NCBI GenBank assembly: GCA_046861655.1 | Contig: JBHIAI010000014.1 | Coordinates: 1 to 23,458 of the forward strand | Reading direction: 5' to 3' | Length of the DNA stretch: 23,458 nucleotides | From: Fidelibacterota bacterium | GTDB lineage: Bacteria; Fidelibacterota; Marinisomatia; Marinisomatales; S15-B10 | In this document: in pieces, positions 7,930-15,640 of the stretch | Layout of the letters: each line of letters opens with the position of its first letter | Position numbering within the stretch: the first letter of the stretch is position 1 | Program-made: the position numbers and the translations under genes | The notes under the pieces: model-generated | Databases searched by the model: none | What the model saw: only the letters and a program-made list of their open reading frames with translations | Told to the model about the DNA's origin: nothing

Positions 7930-9726
7930 CTAAAACGGGTAATTCTTCTTGGAATAGACGTATTCGGCAATCTGACGTTTGAGACTTGCCACGTCAACGG
8001 CCGGCAGCATTCTTACCTGAAAGCGACGAAGCTTATCTATGACCCCCTCCGGCAGGTTCCCGTGATACATATCATTAAGCCCGGTCAACGCCCGGTTCAA
8101 CAGCCTGAGACTCACTTCTGCTGTGAGCACCCGGGCAATGGGGAGAAGAACAGCGGCCTGGCCGCCACCGGAGGAACCCTCAAGGATGTTTCCGATCCTG
8201 GCGAGCGTGCTGTCGGCGGCGTACAGGTCAATGAAGCTGTCGGCCAGTGTTTCTCCCAGTTGCTGTTCATGCCTTAGGTCCTGACCGAATTCATTCATGG
8301 CTTCATTGAACACATAAAGAACCAGGTTTTTCCCTGCTTCCACCATGGCAATCTGGTGGGAAAGAGGTCCGCCGGGACCCGCAGTCTCATTAGAGTCCAG
8401 GGAGGCATCGATCCCCTTGATCTTCTCCCGGATGGGAATCTCATCCATGAAGGCTTTCTTCATGAAATACCCGGTAACAATCTGCCGGTTAATCTCATTG
8501 GTTCCTTCCCAGATTCTGTCGATTCGCGTATCCCGGTAGATACGGGACAGGGGGTAGTCTTCGATGAAACCATACCCTCCGTAAATCTGAATCCCGGTAT
8601 CTGCACAGAACGCCAGAGTCTCACTGCCAAAAACCTTCACCATGGAGGATTCGATGGCGAACCGTTCCATGGTTTCCCCCATTTTCAGGTAGAAGTCATC
8701 GGCCTGGTGATCCAGGTCAGAGATGGCTTCATCTATGGCCCCGACGGCGCGATAGGTCATACTGTCGGCAGCGTAGGCACGAATGGTCATGTCGGCGATC
8801 TTGCCCTTGATGACGTCGAAGTGGGCGATGGGCTGGCCAAACTGCCGGCGTTCTAGAGCGTACTGGGAGGCCAGCGCAATGACCTCCTTCGATCCTCCCA
8901 TATCGGAGGCACCCAGTTTGAGTCTCCCGATGTTGAGGACATTGAAGGCGATGGCGGTCCCTTCTCCGATTTTCCCCAGGACGTTTTCTCTCGGAATCCT
9001 TGCGTCCGTCAGTTTCAGGGGAACGGTGGAGGCTCCCCGGACACCCAGCTTGTGCTCCTCCGGGCCCACCTCGAGTCCAGGGGTGTCCAGATCAACGATA
9101 AAGGCGGTGAATTGATGACCGTCTACCTGGGCGAACAGCGTGCACACATGAGCCCAGCCTCCGTTGGTGACGAACTGTTTTTCCCCGTTTAGAATGTAGT
9201 GTTTCTCATCATCACTCATCACAGCCAGGGTCCTGGCCGCGGTGGCGTCGGATCCGGAGAGGGGTTCGGTGAGGGCATACGCCCCCACCCACTCTCCCGA
9301 AGACAGTTTGGGAAGGTATCTCTCCTTTTGTTCTTCTGTTCCAAACCAGATGATGGGCAGCATGCCGATTCCGGTGTGAACGGAAAAGGTGGTGGTGAAG
9401 GAACCGGACCGACCGAATCTCATGGTCTCTGCCACCAGGATGGAAGTGGTCTTGTCCAGTTCCAGGCCCCCGTACCGTTCAGGAACATCCACGGAAAGGA
9501 GCCCCAGTTCTCCCATCTGCCGGAGCAGTCCAAGGGAAAGATCCCTGTCCTTTCTCTCAATCTCCTCGGAGGCGGACAGGATGTGTTCTCTGCAGAAATC
9601 TTCCACCATCTTCTCAATCTCCCGCTGTTCCTCGGAGAACTGCTCACGGGAGAAAAGGGGAGTAGTCCCTACAGGTTCAAGAAGAAACAGCCCTCCGGTT
9701 TTATCCGGGGCGGCCTTCTTAGCCAT
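7930..9726 (-). CDS. fadE: Acyl-CoA dehydrogenase (about 600-aa FadE/ACAD9-VLCAD-like type)
   Basis: 598 aa. Motifs PERYGGL, VHTGIG, AYALTEP.SGSDA, LNGEKQFVTNG, KLGVRGAST, LNIGR, RRQFGQPI, QIYGGYGF and RIWEGTNEINR, plus a C-terminal helical extension. The start overlaps the TetR stop by 8 nt. Confidence 0.92.
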   Translation of the reverse strand: MAKKAAPDKTGGLFLLEPVGTTPLFSREQFSEEQREIEKMVEDFCREHILSASEEIERKDRDLSLGLLRQMGELGLLSVDVPERYGGLELDKTTSILVAETMRFGRSGSFTTTFSVHTGIGMLPIIWFGTEEQKERYLPKLSSGEWVGAYALTEPLSGSDATAARTLAVMSDDEKHYILNGEKQFVTNGGWAHVCTLFAQVDGHQFTAFIVDLDTPGLEVGPEEHKLGVRGASTVPLKLTDARIPRENVLGKIGEGTAIAFNVLNIGRLKLGASDMGGSKEVIALASQYALERRQFGQPIAHFDVIKGKIADMTIRAYAADSMTYRAVGAIDEAISDLDHQADDFYLKMGETMERFAIESSMVKVFGSETLAFCADTGIQIYGGYGFIEDYPLSRIYRDTRIDRIWEGTNEINRQIVTGYFMKKAFMDEIPIREKIKGIDASLDSNETAGPGGPLSHQIAMVEAGKNLVLYVFNEAMNEFGQDLRHEQQLGETLADSFIDLYAADSTLARIGNILEGSSGGGQAAVLLPIARVLTAEVSLRLLNRALTGLNDMYHGNLPEGVIDKLRRFQVRMLPAVDVASLKRQIAEYVYSKKNYPF

Positions 9727-10336
9727 GGCTATCTCCTTCCGGCCGGGTTCTCAACCCCGCCAGGATGAAACCCGTGATCGTCTCAATGTAATGTCTCGCG
9801 CTCAATCCTGGGACATCAAAAAGGGTAAACCATATGATGCCTTCAAGGTTTACCATGATAGAGAGGGCGGCAACATCCACATCCAGATTCTTAAACTCTC
9901 CCGACTGAACGCCGGCACGGACAATACCCTCTACCAGCTCCAGCAGCTCGTTATAGACCTTCTGGGTCTTGGCGTGAAAACTGGGATCCCGGCTGGAAAG
10001 GGACCAGAATTCGAGTTCTGCCCTGAACACTTTTGGATTCTGTTCGTAGGCCGTGAGGAAGAAATTGAACAGTTCGCTCAACTGTTCGGATGCGGACTGG
10101 TTCTCTTCGACGATATGGTTGAGTGTGGCCCCAAAGTTGTTGACCCAGTGGTTTACCAGGGAAAGGAAAATCTCCTTCTTAGACTTGTAGTACCAGTAGA
10201 TGGCGCCTTTGCTGAGATGGGAGCGCCTCACAATGTCTTCCATGGTGGAATCGCTGTACCCCTTGTTCACCACCACGTCCAGGGCGGCATCCAGGATCTG
10301 TTTTTTTCTTATGTCTTTCTTGCTATGGGAGGCCAT
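9719..10336 (-). CDS. TetR/AcrR-family transcriptional regulator, probably of the fatty-acid degradation cluster
   Basis: HTH signature RKKQILDAAL.V..KGYSDSTMEDIV....LSKGAIYWYYKSKKEIF. ATG 10336 is preferred over the ORF-track start at 10396, whose extension would run through the operator and hairpin. Confidence 0.9.
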   Translation of the reverse strand: MASHSKKDIRKKQILDAALDVVVNKGYSDSTMEDIVRRSHLSKGAIYWYYKSKKEIFLSLVNHWVNNFGATLNHIVEENQSASEQLSELFNFFLTAYEQNPKVFRAELEFWSLSSRDPSFHAKTQKVYNELLELVEGIVRAGVQSGEFKNLDVDVAALSIMVNLEGIIWFTLFDVPGLSARHYIETITGFILAGLRTRPEGDSHG

Positions 10337-10345
10337 AGAAGCTAT

Positions 10346-10359
10346 ACCGACTGGTCGGT
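10346..10359. promoter_or_regulatory. Palindromic TetR-type operator ACCGAC-TG-GTCGGT
   Basis: Perfect 6-2-6 inverted repeat about 10 nt upstream of the TetR ATG. It abuts a -10-like TATAGC on the minus strand and has AT-rich flanks. Confidence 0.75.
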
Positions 10360-10367
10360 TTATTTTT

Positions 10368-10405
10368 AGTTTACCCTCGGGACAGGTAGGAACCAAGGGA
10401 AAACT
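10368..10405 (-). other. RNA stem-loop immediately after the amidohydrolase stop codon
   Basis: Minus strand AGTTTTCCCTTGG-N12-CCGAGGGTAAACT forms a 13-position stem with one mismatch and one G-U pair. It is followed by an A-rich rather than U-rich tract, so it is not a classical intrinsic terminator. Confidence 0.4.
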
Positions 10406-10411
10406 GAGGCA

Positions 10412-11752
10412 TCACTTCAGAATGCCGGCCTGACGGTATTTTTCCTGGTATTTCCTGTAGAGCGTCTTGTGGCGGTCACCCAGGTCAATGCGCTTCCCCT
10501 GTATGAACTCCATCTCTACCTGGGTGGGAATCTCCAGGGGATCACCATCCGTTACGATGAGAGTGGCATCCTTACCGACTTCAAGGGATCCCACCCGGTC
10601 CTGGATTCCCAGGATTCGGGCAGCGTACAGGGTGATGGACCTAAGGGCTTCATCCCGGGGGAGTCCGTAGGCAGCAGCGGTGGCCGCGTGGTAGGGAAGG
10701 TTCCGCTGATGAGGTGCCTGAAACGGACTGCTGCTGGCTGCGAGGCAGAAGGGGATCCCCGCCTTGTAAAGTCTCCAGGGGGTGGCGAAGGGAGTGTCAT
10801 AGGGCTCGAACGGTCGCAGGGGAAGGGTGTGGACCGATTCGTAGATGACGGGGATTCCGTACTCTTTCAACAGATCTTTCACCCGCCAGGCATCACGACC
10901 ACCCACGATGATAAGCCTCACCTGCTGGCGTTGCGACCAGGCTACCGCTGCTTCGATCTGTTGAACTTCATTGGCGTGAACGCAGACGGGGATCTGTCGT
11001 GTGAGAACAGGGATCATGGCTTCCCATTTCAGGTCCAGGGCATGGTGGGGGGCGTCTTCCCGTTCCGCTGCCTCCCTGGCCTGAAGATAGCTCCTCGCCT
11101 TGTGGAAAACTTCGTCGATCCTCCTGAGGCGTTCGTCCCTCTCTTTTCGTTGATCATCCAGGCTCTTGTCGATGCCTGGGCGAACGGTCAAGGTCATCCT
11201 GGGCCAGTTCAGATGAAGGGCAACAGGGGCCTTCAAGGTCGCTGTCTCCCAGGTCCAGCCGTCCAGCATCATAGCGGCTGATAGCCCCGATATCAATCCC
11301 CCAGTGGGAGTGGTATGAACCAGTGTAACACCGTTGGAACGGGTGACGGGTATCAATTCGGAATCCGGGTTGAAGCTTACCTCGGCCCGGATGTTGGGAT
11401 TAACGGTGCCAGTTTCGGCGAAGTCCCGGGTAGCGCGAACAGCGTTGATTTCCAGCAGGCCCAGGGTGGTACTGGCCGCAATCAGACCCGGATACACGTG
11501 CTTTGTTCTGAGATCGATGATCTCGGTATCATCCGGGAGGGAGTCGATCGCCTTCCCAACGGCGGTGATGACACCATCGTCAAACAGAATCTGACCGTTG
11601 GCCAGGGGGCCAGTGCTGACGGGATGAATGGTGGCCCCTTTCAAAAGGATAGGATGAGACTGGGGCGGTGCCGGTATCTGGTCGGAGGCGGGCAGAACCC
11701 CCACCAGGAAAACGGCAATCGTCACCCAGGTACGTTCGAGGTGGGAGTTCAT
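10412..11752 (-). CDS. Exported amidohydrolase-fold protein (imidazolonepropionase-like) with a degenerate metal site
   Basis: 446 aa with a hydrophobic N-terminal signal. Motifs ILLKGATIH, IDLRTKHVYPGLIA, EALRSITLYAARILG, RVGSLEVGKDATL and GDPL. The HxH motif is replaced by ASTT. ATGA overlap with the upstream gene. Confidence 0.85.
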   Translation of the reverse strand: MNSHLERTWVTIAVFLVGVLPASDQIPAPPQSHPILLKGATIHPVSTGPLANGQILFDDGVITAVGKAIDSLPDDTEIIDLRTKHVYPGLIAASTTLGLLEINAVRATRDFAETGTVNPNIRAEVSFNPDSELIPVTRSNGVTLVHTTPTGGLISGLSAAMMLDGWTWETATLKAPVALHLNWPRMTLTVRPGIDKSLDDQRKERDERLRRIDEVFHKARSYLQAREAAEREDAPHHALDLKWEAMIPVLTRQIPVCVHANEVQQIEAAVAWSQRQQVRLIIVGGRDAWRVKDLLKEYGIPVIYESVHTLPLRPFEPYDTPFATPWRLYKAGIPFCLAASSSPFQAPHQRNLPYHAATAAAYGLPRDEALRSITLYAARILGIQDRVGSLEVGKDATLIVTDGDPLEIPTQVEMEFIQGKRIDLGDRHKTLYRKYQEKYRQAGILK

Positions 11753-14700
11753 CCCTGTTTGTCAGCTTCTGGGGAGCGGTCCCGGGTTCCGTTTTCAGAT
11801 TGCAGGATTTTCTGGATCAAAGCATTCCGCTCCCGGTCCAATTCCTTGCTCATGGCCTGGTCCCGGACCCGGCTGAAATAGTTTCTGCCGTCAATCCAGG
11901 TCTGTTCACATACAGTGTATGAAGAGAGAGGATGGCCGCTCCAGATCACAAAGTCCCCATCCTTTCCCTCTTCCAGGGATCCCACCCGGCCCTCGATTCC
12001 CAGTTGAACGGCGGGATGAAGGGTCACAAATTTCAGTGCTTCTTCTTCGGATAGTCCGCCGTACTTGACGGCCTTGGCCGCTTCCGTGTTGAGTCTACGG
12101 GCCAGTTCACTACTGTCGGAGTTATAGGACGTAACCACACCCACCCGGTGCATCAGGGAGCCGTTGAAGGGGATGGCGTCAAACACTTCAAACTTGTAGG
12201 CCCACCAATCGGAAAAGGTGGAGGCTCCCGCTCCGTGATTCCTGATGGCATCGGCAATCTTGTACCCTTCCAGCACGTGCTGGAAAGTGCCGATCCGGAA
12301 TCCGAAATCGTCTGCTATCCGAATGAGCATGAGGATTTCATCCTGACGGTACGAGTGGCAGTGAACCAGCCGTTTTCCTTCCAGAATCTCCACCAGGGCC
12401 TCCAGTTCCAGGTCACGCCGGGGAGGAATCTTTTTCAGGCTTGCCGCCCTGGCACCCCTGTGATCTTCCCAGAGACGGCGATACTCCTGGGCGGCTGAAA
12501 AGGCGTCGCGAATGATCTGTTCCACGCCCATGCGGGTCTGAGGATACCGGGTGGTGTACTTGTCACCCCAGTTGCTCTGCTTGACGTTTTCACCCAGAGC
12601 GAATTTGATGCCTCCGGGAGCCCCTTCGAACAACAGTCCCGCAGGCGGTTCACCCCACCTTAGCTTGATGACAGCATTCTGTCCTCCGATGGGATTGGCC
12701 GAACCGTGGAGGACATTCGCCACGGTGAGCCCACCGGCCAGTTCCCGGTAGATATTGATATCGTTGCTGTTCAGTACGTCTTCAATTCGTACTTCCGCCG
12801 TCACTGCCTGAGTACTCTCATTGACGGAAAAGACGGCGGTGTGGCTGTGGGCGTCGATAAGACCGGGAGTTACATGCCGACCCCGGGCGTCAATGATTAC
12901 CGCATCATCGGTACGGCGGGGAATACTCAAATTCTTTCCGATGCGCCAGATCTTTCCTTGTTTGATCAGGAGATCGGAATCTTCAACTACCCCTTTGGGC
13001 CCGCCGGTCCAGATCGTGGCATTCTTTACCAGGACCAGAGAAGGTTGAACAGGCGGCGCGTCAAAACCGTAAGCGCCATCAGGGTACCTCACCGTGAGCT
13101 CACTGGGATATTCCTCGGCTTTGGGAGGGGGCTCGGGGGCTTCCAACGGACCCGCGCGATCCGCCGTCCATCGAATGACCTTTCCCTCGGGGGTGAGCCC
13201 CTGACCCCGGGCCCGGTTCCCTCGTAGCATTCCGGAAATCCGGAGGGACCCTTCCAGGTCCAGACTGTCTCCCCTAAAAAGAATCGACACCGCTCCATTT
13301 TGCTCCAGAACGACAGACTCCAGATCGATCTCAACCGTGTCTGCGCGCAGGGTTCCTTTGAGGCTGGTTTTCTCCCCCTCGATGTCGAGGGTATCGGTCC
13401 GGGTGACACCATCAAACTCCCACCGGAGTACCCATGGGCCCCGGAAGTCTTCGCCGGGTTCGATCTTCACACGGTACCGGCGTCCTTGAATCCAAACTTC
13501 TTCCACGTCCGAGTCCCCGGAAAAGTAATCTCCATCCGTCACCACCAGATTGGCAATTTTCCCCTCTTCCACGGTTCCAAGAACCTTGTCCACTCCCAGG
13601 TACTTTGCCGGGATGGTCGTCAGACTGGCCAGAGCGTCGTCGGGGGAAAGTCCCCGTCCCACGGCGCGGATGACATTCTTCCTGAAATCTGACCGTTGTT
13701 TGAGGTCCTGGGAGGTGAACGAAAAGGGTATGCCGGCCTGTTTCATTCTGGCGGCATTATCGGGTGCCTGATCCCAGTGGCGAAGCTCAGACTGGGAATA
13801 CTGAAGGGCGGATTCCCAGGTATCCACGTTGGGCGCCGGGGGAAAATCCACCGGAAGGATAACGAAGGGATCCAACTCTCCGATTTCTCTCAGTCGCCGG
13901 TATTCAACCCCGCTCCCCTTGAGCCAGAGGTCAAGGTCAAACTCCCGGGCGATCCGGCCCGCTCTGAGGGCGTCCAGCTCATTGTCCACTTCGAAGCACA
14001 TGGCTCGTCCCCGGTCTACCTGTCCCTGGAGGGCATCCAGGGATCTATCGATCTCCGGTTTTTCGTTGTCGTGAGGAAATCGCAGGTAGATTTCGTGGGC
14101 ACGCTCATACCACTGGGCATCCAGAAAGGTCTGACGGATAAGTGCTACAGTCCCGAGAAGGGAGTTGGGAACCCGGGTGTCCCCCCATCCTCCGTGTTCG
14201 AAGGCGATAATCTGGGCGGGTCCGTCCTCGGATATGACGGAATTCCGGGACCATGTGCCTAGATGAATGAGAGCGGACGATCCCCGGAAGATTCCGCCGG
14301 ATGGGACCACATGGGCCGATGTAAAACCGAGGCGCCTCAACGCTTCCATTTCGTCGCTGTCCGGTTCGAAATCTTCAAGAGCAGACCGCTGGGGTCTTAC
14401 CCTGGGATTCCAGTGTTCGGTGGTCGTTTCCTCCTTCGCCCCGTGACCCGGTTGCCCATTCTGATCCTTTTCCGGGGGGGTCGCCACCAGGTAGCTTTCG
14501 ATGAAACCGGCGTAGACCATCTTTCCCGTCAGGTCGATCTCAAAGGCGTCGGTGGGTACCCGGGCCACCCGTCCCACCGATTCTACCAGGCCGTCCCGGA
14601 TGACGATTTCACCGGATGGGATTACCTTACCCGGTTCAGGGACGATGGTGGCGTCCTTCAGGAAGAAAACCCTGGGGGTGCGGTCGTGCAGACCCTCGGT

Positions 14701-14757
14701 GGGCGCCACCTGGGCCTCCAGAAAACTCGTCAGCACGAGGACGGCAAGGACGATCAA
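11749..14757 (-). CDS. Exported tandem (two-domain) amidohydrolase-family protein
   Basis: 1002 aa, TTG start overlapping the LOG stop (TTGA), signal peptide ending FLEA/Q. Two amidohydrolase units are joined by a beta-rich linker domain. Unit 2 has PGLIDAHSH, HCHSY, FQHVLEG, NSD and GSLEEGKDGDFVIWSG. Unit 1 has AGFIESYL at the HxH position. Confidence 0.88.
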   Translation of the reverse strand: MIVLAVLVLTSFLEAQVAPTEGLHDRTPRVFFLKDATIVPEPGKVIPSGEIVIRDGLVESVGRVARVPTDAFEIDLTGKMVYAGFIESYLVATPPEKDQNGQPGHGAKEETTTEHWNPRVRPQRSALEDFEPDSDEMEALRRLGFTSAHVVPSGGIFRGSSALIHLGTWSRNSVISEDGPAQIIAFEHGGWGDTRVPNSLLGTVALIRQTFLDAQWYERAHEIYLRFPHDNEKPEIDRSLDALQGQVDRGRAMCFEVDNELDALRAGRIAREFDLDLWLKGSGVEYRRLREIGELDPFVILPVDFPPAPNVDTWESALQYSQSELRHWDQAPDNAARMKQAGIPFSFTSQDLKQRSDFRKNVIRAVGRGLSPDDALASLTTIPAKYLGVDKVLGTVEEGKIANLVVTDGDYFSGDSDVEEVWIQGRRYRVKIEPGEDFRGPWVLRWEFDGVTRTDTLDIEGEKTSLKGTLRADTVEIDLESVVLEQNGAVSILFRGDSLDLEGSLRISGMLRGNRARGQGLTPEGKVIRWTADRAGPLEAPEPPPKAEEYPSELTVRYPDGAYGFDAPPVQPSLVLVKNATIWTGGPKGVVEDSDLLIKQGKIWRIGKNLSIPRRTDDAVIIDARGRHVTPGLIDAHSHTAVFSVNESTQAVTAEVRIEDVLNSNDINIYRELAGGLTVANVLHGSANPIGGQNAVIKLRWGEPPAGLLFEGAPGGIKFALGENVKQSNWGDKYTTRYPQTRMGVEQIIRDAFSAAQEYRRLWEDHRGARAASLKKIPPRRDLELEALVEILEGKRLVHCHSYRQDEILMLIRIADDFGFRIGTFQHVLEGYKIADAIRNHGAGASTFSDWWAYKFEVFDAIPFNGSLMHRVGVVTSYNSDSSELARRLNTEAAKAVKYGGLSEEEALKFVTLHPAVQLGIEGRVGSLEEGKDGDFVIWSGHPLSSYTVCEQTWIDGRNYFSRVRDQAMSKELDRERNALIQKILQSENGTRDRSPEADKQG

Positions 14758-15545
14758 AAGTTCTTCCCCCGAAGGTGGGCTTTGGTTAGTTCACGGGTGA
14801 GGAATCTGAAGGCGTCTTCGACGGAATCCGAGAAGTGAAACAGGTTCAGATCCTCTTTAGATATGGTGCCGAATTCGGCCAGGATTTTCAGATTGATCAC
14901 CCGGTTCCAGTAGTCCCGGCCGTAGATTACCAGGGGAAGCTTTTTCTTCAGCTTCCGGGTCTGAATCAGGGTGAGAAGTTCCATGAGTTCATCCAGCGTT
15001 CCGAATCCACCGGGAAAGATGACCATGGCCTTGGCCAGGTACACAAACCAGAACTTTCGCATGAAGAAGTAGTGAAACTCGAGGTCCAGGTCCTTGGTGA
15101 TGTAGGCATTGCCCTGGGGTTCATAAGGGAGCGAGATGTTTAGGCCGATGGCATAGCCATTGGCTTCTGTGGCCCCCCGGCAGGCGGCTTCCATGATGCC
15201 CCCGCCCCCTCCCGAAGTGACGATAAACCGGTGCCTGGAATTCTTGAGACCTTTCGACCACTTGGTCAGGCGGAAAGCGAGCTCCCGGGCGGCGTCGTAG
15301 TAGGGAGCCAGTGCCAGGAGTCCGTTCTCGCTGCCGGGATTTCTGGATCGGAGCTCCCGGGTCTTTTCCGGAGAGGGGATTCTGGCAGAACCGAAAAAGA
15401 CGATCGTGTCCTTTATTCTCATCCTCCGGAAGAGCCGGAGGGGACCGAAGTATTCGGCCAGGAGGCGGGCCGGACGGGCGTCCGGACTGTTCAGAAACTC
15501 GAGATCCTTGTAGAACTTCTCCCGGTGTCTGTGTTTCCTGGTCAC
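14754..15545 (-). CDS. LOG-family (TIGR00730-like) Rossmann-fold protein, nucleotide 5'-monophosphate nucleosidase family
   Basis: 263 aa, GTG start. Motifs IVFFGSAR, SGGGGGIMEAA, GLNISLPYE, FHYFFMRKFWF and FPGGFGTLDELME. Confidence 0.9.
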   Translation of the reverse strand: MTRKHRHREKFYKDLEFLNSPDARPARLLAEYFGPLRLFRRMRIKDTIVFFGSARIPSPEKTRELRSRNPGSENGLLALAPYYDAARELAFRLTKWSKGLKNSRHRFIVTSGGGGGIMEAACRGATEANGYAIGLNISLPYEPQGNAYITKDLDLEFHYFFMRKFWFVYLAKAMVIFPGGFGTLDELMELLTLIQTRKLKKKLPLVIYGRDYWNRVINLKILAEFGTISKEDLNLFHFSDSVEDAFRFLTRELTKAHLRGKNF

Positions 15546-15597
15546 GTTTTACAGGTTGCGATTGGGCGGTTTTTGGGTCTCCACGAGAAAGTGGATC

Positions 15598-15626
15598 ATG
15601 TTACTAAAAGGGGATGGTAAAGACAA
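15598..15626 (-). promoter_or_regulatory. Putative sigma70 promoter of the LOG-amidohydrolase operon
   Basis: The minus strand reads TTGTCT (15626-15621), exactly 17 nt, TAACAT (15603-15598), about 50 nt upstream of the GTG at 15545. Confidence 0.6.
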
Positions 15627-15640
15627 GCGAAACTAAGCCG

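Noticed and set aside
9389..10369. Long plus-strand ORFs (e.g. 9389..10369, 5276..6097, 10469..11281, 803..1594, 7525..8277) and the minus-strand ORF 19404..20342
   Set aside because: These are antisense shadows of well-supported genes in GC-rich DNA and show no recognisable motifs.
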